NCBI GenBank assembly: GCA_963849495.1
Contig: CAWKHN010000009.1
Location: forward strand, 20,164 to 84,163
DNA length: 64,000 nucleotides
DNA from: an uncultured Chloroflexia bacterium
Lineage (GTDB): Bacteria > Chloroflexota > Limnocylindria > Limnocylindrales > CSP1-4
Reading direction: 5' to 3'
The position numbers and the translations under genes are program-made. The notes under the pieces are model-generated. The model did no database searches and had not been told where the DNA came from. It saw only the letters and a list, made by a program, of their open reading frames with translations. Below, in pieces: positions 19,531 to 28,591 of this stretch (position 1 is its first letter; each line of letters starts with the position of its first letter).

Positions 19531-19974
19531 TCAGCCACCCCCGTGCGGCCGATCGCGGAGGGCGAACTCGCCGAGCCGGCGGCGGCACTCGGTCGCCTCG
19601 CGCTGGGCCTGGCGGACGATCCACGGATCAACCCGGCTGGAGTCCTCGAGGGCCACCGTCGGTCCGTACGGTCCATCCGCGATGACGATGCCGGATGCGT
19701 TGCGATAGTCGGTCATCCAGTTCGCCTGGAGCTCCACGAGGACATCCGCCACGACGGCGCGCGTGAACAGCCAGTCGAGGTGCGTCGCGTTGAGGCGGTC
19801 GACGAGGTCGTCGACGCGGACGGCCCGGCCGCGGTCCATGCGCGCGACGAGGTCGATGACGCGCAGGGTTGCGAACGGATCGCCGGGTTCGGCAATCGTC
19901 GGAGGCTGGATGTGTGCGTCGGGGAGGCCGGCCGGGGCGGGGCGGCTGCCGACGACACCGGGCGTGGCGGTCAT
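19531..19974 (-). CDS. Hypothetical protein
   Basis: Globular amphipathic composition, unlike the shadow ORFs; no recognised family. Confidence 0.6.
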   Translation of the reverse strand: MTATPGVVGSRPAPAGLPDAHIQPPTIAEPGDPFATLRVIDLVARMDRGRAVRVDDLVDRLNATHLDWLFTRAVVADVLVELQANWMTDYRNASGIVIADGPYGPTVALEDSSRVDPWIVRQAQREATECRRRLGEFALRDRPHGGG

Positions 19975-20083
19975 CGGGTGGTCACGTGATATCCGAGTGC
20001 GTGGGTCGGGATTGGAAGGCTAACACAGGGGAGCCGGGAGGCGGCCCGGGCGGACCGCCGGCCGCCGGATCCGGGTCAAGCCG

Positions 20084-20323
20084 TCAGTCGCGGTGAGCTC
20101 CGGCATCGATGGCGGGTTCCGGGCCGGACGGCAGGACGGGCTCCTCGTGGTCCGGCAGCTCGATCGTCACGAACCCGCCGTCACCCGCGGGCAGCGGGTC
20201 GTCCGGGCGCGCGTGATGGACCAGCTCCTGCGCCGGCGGCATGGTTCGGAGCACCTGCTGCTCGAACCCGAACAGGACGCCGCCGATCGTCTGGCCGAGT
20301 GGCTGCTTCCTGCGCTTCGCCAT
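20084..20323 (-). CDS. Small hypothetical protein
   Basis: Starts 15 nt after the kamA stop; plausible protein composition (GQTIGGVLFGFEQQVLR). Confidence 0.6.
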   Translation of the reverse strand: MAKRRKQPLGQTIGGVLFGFEQQVLRTMPPAQELVHHARPDDPLPAGDGGFVTIELPDHEEPVLPSGPEPAIDAGAHRD

Positions 20324-20338
20324 GGACGGGACCCGGGC

Positions 20339-21835
20339 CTACTCGGCCGGTTCGGCGCCCGACTCGAGCACCGGCAGCGCGTGGCCGCCGTCCGCGGTCT
20401 TTCCCTCGATCGCGCCCACCCCGTACGGCACCCACTTCGACGGGTCGCTGAGGCGATGCGCCTCGGTGTTGCCCCGCTCGTGGACCTGGGTGAAGCCTGC
20501 CGGCTCGATCCACATCCGCTTTCCGTCCAGCAGGCCCGTGATGCCTTCCTGGCCCGGCTCCGGGCGCGGGTTCCGGCAGTAGGCGCACTTCGAGGAATCG
20601 TGGGGTGTGTACTCGGCCGGCTCCTCGTAGGTGGTGATGTAGCCCTCGTAGTTGCGGAGGATCACCTTATGGTCCGAGTAGCTGACGACGTAGTTGGGCA
20701 TCACCGGGATCTTCCCGCCGCCGCCGGGCGCGTCGACGATGAACTGCGGCACGGCATACCCGGACGTGTGCCCGCGCAGCCCCTCGATGATCTCGAGGCC
20801 CTTGCCCACCGGCGTCCGGAAGTGCCCGGCGCCCTCGACCAGGTCGCACTGGTACAGGTAGTACGGGCGGACGCGGTTCTCGACCAGCCGGTGGACCAGC
20901 TCGCGCTGCGTGTGGACGCAGTCGTTGATGCCGGCCAGGAGCACGGACTGGTTGCCCAGCGGGACGCCGGCGCGGGACAGCTTGTCGCAGGCGCGGGACA
21001 GCTCTGGGGTGATCTCGTTGGGGTGGTTGACGTGGATGTTCAGCCACAGTGGGTGGTACTTGGCGAGCATCTCGCACAGCTCATCGTCGATCCGCTGGGG
21101 CAGGAACACGGGCACCCGCGATCCGATCCGGATGATCTCCACGTGCGGGATCTCGCGCAGGCCGCGGAGCGCGGATTCGAGCAGCTTCGGCGCGAGCGTG
21201 AGGCCGTCGCCGCCGGAGATGAGCACGTCGCGGATCTGGGGCGTGCGCCGGATGTAGTCCAGCTGTGCCTCGTGCTCGCGGCGGTTGAAGTTCTGCGTGG
21301 CGTCCCCGACGATCCGGCTCCGCGTGCAGTACCGGCAGTAGCTGGCGCACTGGGTGGTGATCAGCATCAGCACGCGATCGGGGTATCGGTGGACCAGCCC
21401 CGGGACCGGGGAGTGGCGATCTTCCGCCAGGCTGTCCTCCATCATCCCGGTGAAGGACCGAAGCTCGCGGCCGAGCGGGATGATCTGCCGCCGGATCGGG
21501 TCGTTGGGATCCTTCGGGTCGATCAGGCTGATGAAGTAGGGGGTGACGTCGACCCGGAACTTGTCGGGGGCGGACAGGCCCTCGCGCTCCTCGTCGGTGA
21601 GCTCGAGGATCTCGCCGATCTCCTCCAGGTCGTTGACCCGGTGGCTGAGCTGCCAGCGCCAGTCGTTCCACTTCTCGTCGGGAACGTCCTGCCACTTCGG
21701 CGCCCGCCGGCTGACCGCAGGCCGTCCGTCCGGTCCGAGACGGCCGGCCGGGTCGCGCAGGTTGACGAAGGGCGCCGGGTCCGCCGGCGCCAGCGTGCCT
21801 GCTGCCGCCGCCGTCGTTCTCGCGTCCGTCTCCAC
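20339..21835 (-). CDS. kamA: Lysine 2,3-aminomutase (KamA radical SAM)
   Basis: GLVHRYPDRVL, CASYCRYC [4Fe-4S] motif, NDCVH, GGGKIP PLP Lys, RNYEG and C-terminal CAYC; SD GGAGGG before GTG 21835. Confidence 0.9.
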   Translation of the reverse strand: METDARTTAAAAGTLAPADPAPFVNLRDPAGRLGPDGRPAVSRRAPKWQDVPDEKWNDWRWQLSHRVNDLEEIGEILELTDEEREGLSAPDKFRVDVTPYFISLIDPKDPNDPIRRQIIPLGRELRSFTGMMEDSLAEDRHSPVPGLVHRYPDRVLMLITTQCASYCRYCTRSRIVGDATQNFNRREHEAQLDYIRRTPQIRDVLISGGDGLTLAPKLLESALRGLREIPHVEIIRIGSRVPVFLPQRIDDELCEMLAKYHPLWLNIHVNHPNEITPELSRACDKLSRAGVPLGNQSVLLAGINDCVHTQRELVHRLVENRVRPYYLYQCDLVEGAGHFRTPVGKGLEIIEGLRGHTSGYAVPQFIVDAPGGGGKIPVMPNYVVSYSDHKVILRNYEGYITTYEEPAEYTPHDSSKCAYCRNPRPEPGQEGITGLLDGKRMWIEPAGFTQVHERGNTEAHRLSDPSKWVPYGVGAIEGKTADGGHALPVLESGAEPAE

Positions 21836-21895
21836 CAGGCGAACCCTCCGCTGTCGCGTCGCGTGTGTGCGCCCGTGCCGTCGGGCGACGTCTCG

Positions 21896-21976
21896 ACGCA
21901 TAAATCCTATGCATCGTGAATGGAGTCGGATGATACCCGACGCCGCAGGGAGCGTCCATGTCGGTGTCCATGTCGG
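21896..21976 (-). promoter_or_regulatory. kamA promoter with candidate regulator sites
   Basis: Minus-strand TGGACG (21958-21953)-N17-TATCAT (21935-21930); inverted repeat around 21896-21914 and an 11-bp direct repeat at 21954-21976. Confidence 0.55.
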
Positions 21977-22145
21977 GGCCACGCCACCGGAGGGGCAGCG
22001 CGCGGCTGACCGCCACCGGACGGGGCACCACAGGGATCGCCTGTCCTGTCGCGGCGGCGGGTCGTAAGATGCGCGCGGTGTCGCCTCCAGGGGCACGCCC
22101 GGGGCCACACGGCGCACATCCTCTCGCTACCAGTGAAGGGACGTC

Positions 22146-22790
22146 ATGCAATTCGATCGGCGCCTGCTCGCAGGGGCGGTCGGCCTGGGCCTGCTGGTCA
22201 TCGCCTGCGGCGGCTCGCCCATCTCAACCGTCAGCCCATTCCCGGTCGCAAGTCAGCCGGCCGCGTCCCCCGCCGGCGGCGGGCCCGGCGCGTCCGATGC
22301 CGCGCCAGCGAGCGATGTTCCACCGGGAGCCGATCCCAGCTTCGACACAGGGGCGGCGCCCGACCTGGAGGCGATGCTCCCCGACTCCGCGGGTGGCGTC
22401 ACGTTCACCAAGGAGAGCTTCGACGGCGCGGGCATCAACGGCGCCGGGATGGGCGTTGACCCCGGCGAGCTCGCACCGATCCTGGATGCAAACGGCAAGA
22501 CCGCCGCCGACGTGCGGATGGCGATCGCGTCACCCGCCAGCCCGACTGCGACCGAAACCGCGGTCGTTCTCGCGCTGCAGATCCGTGGTGTTGATGCCTC
22601 GAAGCTCGTGGGCCTGGCCGAGAGCACCGCGTCCGCCACCTTCGCGCCGGCGACGGTCGGCGGCAAGCAGGTCCTCAGGTCGAGCGCGGCCGGGCTCAAC
22701 TCGGTGATCTACCTCAAGGGTGACGTCCTGTTCGAGGTCCTGATCGCCAGCGACGCGACAGTCGCCGCGATCGTCGCCGCCCTTCCCTGA
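22146..22790 (+). CDS. Hypothetical lipoprotein
   Basis: Signal peptide with lipobox VIAC, Pro/Ala/Ser linker and globular C-terminal domain. Confidence 0.78.
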   Translation: MQFDRRLLAGAVGLGLLVIACGGSPISTVSPFPVASQPAASPAGGGPGASDAAPASDVPPGADPSFDTGAAPDLEAMLPDSAGGVTFTKESFDGAGINGAGMGVDPGELAPILDANGKTAADVRMAIASPASPTATETAVVLALQIRGVDASKLVGLAESTASATFAPATVGGKQVLRSSAAGLNSVIYLKGDVLFEVLIASDATVAAIVAALP

Positions 22791-22819
22791 CCCGGTCGAC
22801 TCGCGCCTCCGTGAAACGT

Positions 22820-22842
22820 GAAGCCCGGCGCGGCCGGGCTTC
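22820..22842. terminator. Likely bidirectional intrinsic terminator hairpin
   Basis: Perfect 10-bp stem GAAGCCCGGC-GCG-GCCGGGCTTC between convergent genes. Confidence 0.6.
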
Positions 22843-22865
22843 CGGAACGTCGGACGCGGGGGCCT

Positions 22866-23201
22866 CTATTCCCCGATGACGCTCCAGATCAGCCCCATCA
22901 TGATGAAGAAGCCGCTGAACAGGGCGATCAGACCGAGGCCGCCGTACGGCGAGCTCGCGCCCTCGTGGGGGACCAGCTGCAGGCCGATGCCGAACACGAC
23001 CGCCCAGATGACGAACAGCGTCGCGAACAGGAGCTTGCTGTTCGGGCCGGTGATCCGGCGGGCCCAGCCCTGACGGCCGCCCTCGGCGACCATCGCGGAG
23101 CGGGCGAACACGAACACGAAGCTTCCCGCAATCGCGGTCGCGGTGATGAGGATCACGAGGTTGTTCGGGAAGTTCTGGAACCAGATCGTGAAGATCGTCA
23201 C
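22866..23201 (-). CDS. Small hypothetical membrane protein (3 TM)
   Basis: Three hydrophobic segments in 111 aa. Confidence 0.7.
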   Translation of the reverse strand: MTIFTIWFQNFPNNLVILITATAIAGSFVFVFARSAMVAEGGRQGWARRITGPNSKLLFATLFVIWAVVFGIGLQLVPHEGASSPYGGLGLIALFSGFFIMMGLIWSVIGE

Positions 23202-23448
23202 GCGGAAGGTCCTCGGAACGGGAGAACGGATGGGGCGTCACGCGGCCGGTCGGCGGTCGGTCGATGCTAGCAGAACGGGCGGCGGGCGTAGAACCACGAC
23301 CAGGAAGACGTCGCGGTCCACGGGACCCATGACACCGTCAACGGCATCGGCGGCTCCGGTATAACATGCTACTTCGCAGACGCACGTTGCGTGGATCCGG
23401 GCGCGATGCCGCCATCCGCGCGACCCGTCCGCCCGAACCGGAACACCG

Positions 23449-25716
23449 ATGACCTTCGATCACCTCGGGCGCTTCGCCGTTCGCCGCCGCTGGTGGATCG
23501 TCGCGGCGTGGGCGTCGCTGATCCTGCTCGCCATCCCCTTCGCGCCGCGAGCACCGGGCGTGCTGTCGGCGGGTGGCTTCACCCTCGATGATCTGGAGTC
23601 CGCACGCGCGAAGCAGGTGCTCCAGCAGGAGCTGGGCGTCGAGCCGTCGGCGTTCGTGCTCGTGTACACGTCGGACACGCTGACCGCGGGGACACCGGCA
23701 TGGATCGCGGCCGTCACGGCGGCCACGAAGGATGTTGCGAGCGCGCCGCACGTCACCCGTGTGCTGAGCCACATGCTCGCGCCGAGCCAGGTGTCGGCCG
23801 ACGGCCACACCGCATATGACATCGTGTTCCTCGATCTTCCGCCGGATGATTCGCCGGCGGCGATCCCGCCCGTGGAGGCACGACTGCATCCGGTGCCCGG
23901 CCTCACGGTCCGGATCGGCGGCGGGCCTGCCTTCTACGGCGACGTCCAGACGGTGACCGAGACGGACCTCCGCCGCAGCGAGCTGATCAGCCTGCCGCTG
24001 GCCGGTCTGGCGCTGCTGCTGGTGTTCGGCTCGGGGGTTGCCGCGGGCATCCCGCTGGCGGTGGGCGGCGCCGCCGTGCTCGTGGCATTGGCGGGCATCT
24101 TCGTCGTGGCATCGCTCACGCCGATGAGCATCTTCGTGCTCAACCTCGCGACTCTCCTGGGTCTCGGGCTGGGCGTCGACTACTCGCTGCTCATGACCAG
24201 CCGGTTCCGCGAGGAGCTCGCGCATCAACGCGGCCCGGACCGCGTCGCGGAGGCCGTCCGGATCACGGTGGCGACCGCGGGGCGGGCGGTGTTCTTCTCC
24301 GGGCTCACGGTGCTTCTCGGTCTCCTGGGCCTCGTCCTGTTCGAGTTCATGATCCTGCGCTCGGTGGGGATCGCCGGCGCGATCGTGGTCGGGCTGGCAG
24401 TCGCCGCCGCGATCACCCTGCTGCCCGCGATCCTCGCCATCATCGGCACCCGGATCGACGCGCTCGCGATCCGATCGGTCACCGTCGAGCCCGGGATGGA
24501 CGGGCCCTGGGCACGGCTCGCGCGGCGCGTGATGCGCCACCCGGTCAGGGTTCTCGTCCCCACGCTCACGATCCTGCTGGTGCTCGGCATCCCCTTCCTC
24601 CACGTGCGGTTCAACGCACCCGACGCGACCATCCTGCCGCCGTCCGTCCCGTCGCGGGAGGCCTACGACATCCTCGTCCGCGATTTCGGCGAGGGCGAGT
24701 TCGCGCCGCTCGTCGTGGCCGTGCGGACGACGGGCGACGCGACGACCCCGGACAACGTTGCGCGGCTCTACGACTACTCGCGACGCCTGGCCGCGGACCC
24801 ACGGGTGACCCGCGTCACCAGCCTGGTGGACGTCGACCCGCGCCTGACCCTGGCCCAGTACCAGCTCCTGTACGGATCGCCCGCCGGCCCGCCGGACCGG
24901 TATGTGGCGGCCACGCTCGCCGCGACGACCAGGGGCAACCTGACCGCCTTCACCGTCTACACGCCGTTCGGCCCGAATGTCGAGGAGGGACGCGCGCTCG
25001 TGCGCGAGATGCGCGATCCGTCCAGCCCGCTGGCGCCACCACCCGGCATCTCGATCCTCGTCGGGGGCGGTGCGGCCGATGTCGACGACGTGGTCACCCG
25101 CGTCTGGGCCGACTTTCCGCGCACCGCGGCGTTCATCGTGCTGACCACGTTCGCCGTCCTGTTCGTTCTGCTCCGCTCCCTGGTCCTGCCGGTCAAGGCC
25201 CTGGTGATGAACACCCTCTCGATCGTGGCCAGCTTCGGCGCCCTGGTCTGGATCTTCCAGGATGGCAACCTGTCGGCACCGTTGGGGTTCCAGCCTCTCG
25301 GCTTCGTCGAGACGACGCAGCCGGTGATCCTGTTCTGCGTCCTGTTCGGGCTGTCGATGGACTACGAGGTGTTCCTGCTCACTCGCATGAAGGAGGTCTG
25401 GGACCGGACCGGCAACAACACCGAGGCGGTGGCGCGCGGGATGGAGCGCAGCGGGCGCATCGTGAGCTCCGCAGCCCTGGTCGTGGTGGTGGTGGCCGGG
25501 TCATTCGCGTTCGCGGACATCGTGCTCATCAAGGCCCTGGGCCTGGGTGTGGCCATCGCGGTGGCGCTCGACGCGACGATCGTCCGGGCGCTGCTCGTCC
25601 CGGCCACGATGCGCCTGCTCGGCAAGTGGAACTGGTGGGTTCCGGCGAGGCTGGAGCGATCCCTGAGCCGTGTGCTGCCGCGCACCGAGGCGGACGTGGA
25701 GGCAACGATCCGATGA
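23449..25716 (+). CDS. MMPL family (RND superfamily) transporter
   Basis: Duplicated architecture; GLGVDYSLL...RFREE, TAGRAVFFSG and GLSMDYEVFLLTRMKE motifs. Confidence 0.95.
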   Translation: MTFDHLGRFAVRRRWWIVAAWASLILLAIPFAPRAPGVLSAGGFTLDDLESARAKQVLQQELGVEPSAFVLVYTSDTLTAGTPAWIAAVTAATKDVASAPHVTRVLSHMLAPSQVSADGHTAYDIVFLDLPPDDSPAAIPPVEARLHPVPGLTVRIGGGPAFYGDVQTVTETDLRRSELISLPLAGLALLLVFGSGVAAGIPLAVGGAAVLVALAGIFVVASLTPMSIFVLNLATLLGLGLGVDYSLLMTSRFREELAHQRGPDRVAEAVRITVATAGRAVFFSGLTVLLGLLGLVLFEFMILRSVGIAGAIVVGLAVAAAITLLPAILAIIGTRIDALAIRSVTVEPGMDGPWARLARRVMRHPVRVLVPTLTILLVLGIPFLHVRFNAPDATILPPSVPSREAYDILVRDFGEGEFAPLVVAVRTTGDATTPDNVARLYDYSRRLAADPRVTRVTSLVDVDPRLTLAQYQLLYGSPAGPPDRYVAATLAATTRGNLTAFTVYTPFGPNVEEGRALVREMRDPSSPLAPPPGISILVGGGAADVDDVVTRVWADFPRTAAFIVLTTFAVLFVLLRSLVLPVKALVMNTLSIVASFGALVWIFQDGNLSAPLGFQPLGFVETTQPVILFCVLFGLSMDYEVFLLTRMKEVWDRTGNNTEAVARGMERSGRIVSSAALVVVVVAGSFAFADIVLIKALGLGVAIAVALDATIVRALLVPATMRLLGKWNWWVPARLERSLSRVLPRTEADVEATIR

Positions 25717-26873
25717 CGACCCGTCGCCCGGTCCTGGCGCTGCTCGCCGTCCTCGCCCTCGCCGTGGCCTCCTGCGGGGGCCCCATCCTCGCCAACCCGC
25801 CGGCGGCCCACCCGGTCGTCACCCCGGGATCCTCGCCCGCGCCCCGGGCTGCTGACCCCGTCCCCATCACGTTCCCGCGCGACGATGCGCCCCATGACCG
25901 GCTCACCGAGTGGTGGTACTACACGGGCCATCTCCGGGATCAGGCCGGGTCCCGATGGGGCTTCGAGTTCGTGGTCTTCCGTGCCGAGCGTGGCGGCCTC
26001 CCGGTCACCTGGGCGTCCCACCTCGCGCTCACGGACGAGAGTGGCGGCGCGTTCCACTATGCGCAGCGGGCAGAGATCGGCCCACAGGTCGCCACCGCGG
26101 ACGTCCCGGGGTTCGCCCTCGGGATCCGAGGCCTCGACCCGGCCGATCCGTCCACGTTCACGCGATCACCCTGGTCGATGGTCGGGGCGAACGGCAGCGA
26201 CGTGCTGACGGCATCCGCCTCAGCATCGGAGGTCCGCGGCGACCCGGTTCCCGGCTTCGGACTGGCGCTCTCGCTGGGCGCAACGAAGCCGCCGGCGCTC
26301 CAGGGAGGGGATGGCTACATCGACTTCGGGCCGGCGGGTGGTTCCTACTACTACTCGCGGACGGCGATGACGGCCACCGGAGCGATCACGGTCGGCGGCC
26401 GAACCCTCACGGTCGACGGCAGCGCGTGGTTCGATCACCAGTGGGGCGACTTCATCGCCGTCGGCGCCGGCGGATGGGACTGGTTCGCTGTCAACCTCGA
26501 TGACGGCACGGACCTCATGCTGTCGCTGGTGCGTGCCGCGGACGGGACCGACCCGCTCGTCTACGGAACCCGGGTGGACGCAGGAGGCGCGACCCACAAC
26601 CTCGACGCGGCAGCGTTCTCGGTCGCCGTCACCGGCCACTGGACGAGCCCGGCGACGGGTACCACCTACCCGGCGGGCTGGACGATCACCGTTCCCGCGG
26701 AGCGCCTGGCGATCTCGCTCTCACCGACGGTGCCACAGCAGGAGCTGGACACGCGTGCGACCACCGGGGTCGTGTACTGGGAGGGCTCGCAGCGCGTGAC
26801 CGCGACCCGTGACGGCACCCCGCTCGGGGGCCGGGCCTACGTGGAGCTCACGGGATACGCGGGCGGGAGCTGA
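25713..26873 (+). CDS. AttH/CrtC-like (lipocalin-like) lipoprotein
   Basis: Lipobox VASC; HDRLTEWWYYTGHL, AWFDHQWG, GWDWFAVNL and YWEG motifs; ATGA overlap with the MMPL gene. Confidence 0.88.
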   Translation: MTTRRPVLALLAVLALAVASCGGPILANPPAAHPVVTPGSSPAPRAADPVPITFPRDDAPHDRLTEWWYYTGHLRDQAGSRWGFEFVVFRAERGGLPVTWASHLALTDESGGAFHYAQRAEIGPQVATADVPGFALGIRGLDPADPSTFTRSPWSMVGANGSDVLTASASASEVRGDPVPGFGLALSLGATKPPALQGGDGYIDFGPAGGSYYYSRTAMTATGAITVGGRTLTVDGSAWFDHQWGDFIAVGAGGWDWFAVNLDDGTDLMLSLVRAADGTDPLVYGTRVDAGGATHNLDAAAFSVAVTGHWTSPATGTTYPAGWTITVPAERLAISLSPTVPQQELDTRATTGVVYWEGSQRVTATRDGTPLGGRAYVELTGYAGGS

Positions 26874-26924
26874 CGTCCGGAGCAAACGCAGCCGTGCTCT
26901 GCCGCTTCCGCCCGCCGGGGCGGG

Positions 26925-28019
26925 CTATCGGAGCGCGTCGGGGATGGTGATCTCCGGCAGCACGATCGTTGTCCCGGCTGCGAGCGCCCGCGCCTCGGCA
27001 TCGAGGACGGCCACCTTGCGCAGGGTCGCCAGGATCGACGTGGTCGTCGCCTTGTACGAGGCCTCGTTGCTGGCCGCGGCAGCCAGGCCACCGTCGATCT
27101 CGGTCGTCAGCTCGTCGTAGAAGGCTGTGAGCGCCGCCTGGTGAGCCGGGGCGGCGGGCCACTCGCCGAGTGACGGCACCATCGCTGCGGCCGCGCGCGT
27201 GTCGATGCTCATCCGCCGCAGCACCGCGATCACGTCCTGGACCGGGAAGGTCTTGGCAGCCAGGGCGGCCGTGAGGGGATCGGCATCCGCTGCGAGGCGG
27301 CCGTTCAGGGCGGTCGTGCCCCGGAGAGCTGCGGCGGGGTTGCTGGACACCGGGACCAGGCTCGGCGCGGAGGTGGCGGGCCCGTCGGCGATCCCTGCCG
27401 GCGTCGCCTGGCGGGGCAGCGCGATCCCCACCAGCAGGCCGCCGACCACGATGCCGGCGACGACGCCGGCGCCCACGAGCATCGAGGCCTTGCGCGCCGG
27501 AACGTCGAGCAGGAGCCGCTGGCCACAGGCGTCACACCTGGATGCGTGCCGGCGGATCGCGCGACCGCAGGACGGACACGGGACCGTCGCAGGCGCGCTG
27601 ACCGCAGCCGTGGCCGCGCCATTCGGGACGGTGGGCGGCGCGACGACTCGGGGCGGCGTCACGGCGTCGGGGCTCGTCGCCGTTCCGGGCGTGGAATCGG
27701 TGGGCGCGCCCGGCGTCATCGGCAATCGCCCGGCGGGCGGGTAGCGGCGCGCGACCGGGTGACTGGCGGCTGTCGCGGCCGGGGGGGCCATCGGGCCTGG
27801 CGTCGCAGCGGCCGGTGTCGCAACGGCGGGTGTCACAACGGCCGGTGTCGCAGCCGAAGGCGCCGTTTCACGCTGGACCGCGGATCCGCCTCCGAGCACA
27901 CCGGTGCCTGCCGGAGGACCCCAGCGGACGACCCGGGTGCCGTCGGCGGCGGCACCGGACAAATCTTGTGTTGACTTCTCGCCGCGGTTGAAAGCCGATC
28001 GCAGGCCGCGGAGCGCCAT
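26925..28019 (-). CDS. Hypothetical single-pass membrane protein with zinc ribbon
   Basis: Pro/Ala/Thr-rich N-terminus, CPSC-x10-CDAC, one TM helix and helical C-terminal domain; SD GGAGG upstream. Confidence 0.72.
   Translation of the reverse strand: MALRGLRSAFNRGEKSTQDLSGAAADGTRVVRWGPPAGTGVLGGGSAVQRETAPSAATPAVVTPAVATPAAATPGPMAPPAATAASHPVARRYPPAGRLPMTPGAPTDSTPGTATSPDAVTPPRVVAPPTVPNGAATAAVSAPATVPCPSCGRAIRRHASRCDACGQRLLLDVPARKASMLVGAGVVAGIVVGGLLVGIALPRQATPAGIADGPATSAPSLVPVSSNPAAALRGTTALNGRLAADADPLTAALAAKTFPVQDVIAVLRRMSIDTRAAAAMVPSLGEWPAAPAHQAALTAFYDELTTEIDGGLAAAASNEASYKATTTSILATLRKVAVLDAEARALAAGTTIVLPEITIPDALR
27796..27855. repeat. Four imperfect 15-bp tandem repeats (coding, TPAxx units)
   Basis: cctggcgtcgcagcg / gccggtgtcgcaacg / gcgggtgtcacaacg / gccggtgtcgcagcc. 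Confidence 0.8.
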
Positions 28020-28154
28020 CGCTCCCTCCTGTCCGCGGCTCGATACCGACCGCGACGGACCGCCCGGACTGCCCCCGGCGGCCGCCTGATCCTAGATGCT
28101 TGCCGCGCAGCCCGCAGCCCGCCGATGGTCCCGGTGAGCCCCGTACCCGTCAGC

Positions 28155-28583
28155 TCAGCTGCGACGGAGCGCAAACCCCGCGGTCGCCAGCGAGCCAATG
28201 ACCGTGGCCGCGTAGGTGACGCACCAGGCGCAGATCGCATGGATGACGAACAGCTCGAGGAACGTGAGGTAGGCGACGGCCAGCGTCGCCAGCAGCAGGA
28301 GCATCCAGGCCGCCAGCAGGGCTCGCCGGTCAGCGCGCCGCCACCAGAGGACGGCACACCCGACCAGGACCAGCGACAGACCGAACCCGAATGCCGCGAC
28401 CGGGATGCCCGCCACGGTCGAGTACGAGGAGGTTGCGACCGTCTCGCAGCCGTGGACGGGTCCACACACCGGCGCCTCACCGAGCAGCCGGACCGCGACC
28501 AGGTACGCGGACACACCGAGCCCGGCCAGGGAGAGGACGATCAGTGGCACTCCGAGCGAACCGCGCCCGGTCCGCCCGGACAT
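28155..28583 (-). CDS. Vitamin K epoxide reductase (VKOR) family protein
   Basis: CGPVHGCETV loop cysteines, CAWC active site, 4 TM segments. Confidence 0.92.
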   Translation of the reverse strand: MSGRTGRGSLGVPLIVLSLAGLGVSAYLVAVRLLGEAPVCGPVHGCETVATSSYSTVAGIPVAAFGFGLSLVLVGCAVLWWRRADRRALLAAWMLLLLATLAVAYLTFLELFVIHAICAWCVTYAATVIGSLATAGFALRRS

Positions 28584-28591
28584 GGGTGGCG

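Noticed and set aside
19978-19993. TCACGTGA core resembling parS
   Set aside because: Only the 8-bp core matches and both flanks differ; more likely part of a local promoter region.
20093-21919. Long antisense ORFs (20093..21919 +, 49979..51556 +, 57966..59930 -, 60449..62041 -, 62992..63930 -, 31741..33684 - and similar)
   Set aside because: They mirror well-supported genes on the opposite strand. Stop codons are scarce at high GC, and the translations show no family motifs.
21840-22130. Possible lysine riboswitch upstream of kamA (AGAGG-like start on the minus strand)
   Set aside because: Other conserved lysine-riboswitch elements are not recognisable, and the predicted promoter leaves only a ~90-nt leader. 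An Infernal/Rfam RF00168 scan would settle it.
22810-22817. CGTGAAAC parS half-site
   Set aside because: Half-site only, adjacent to a terminator hairpin; no palindromic partner.
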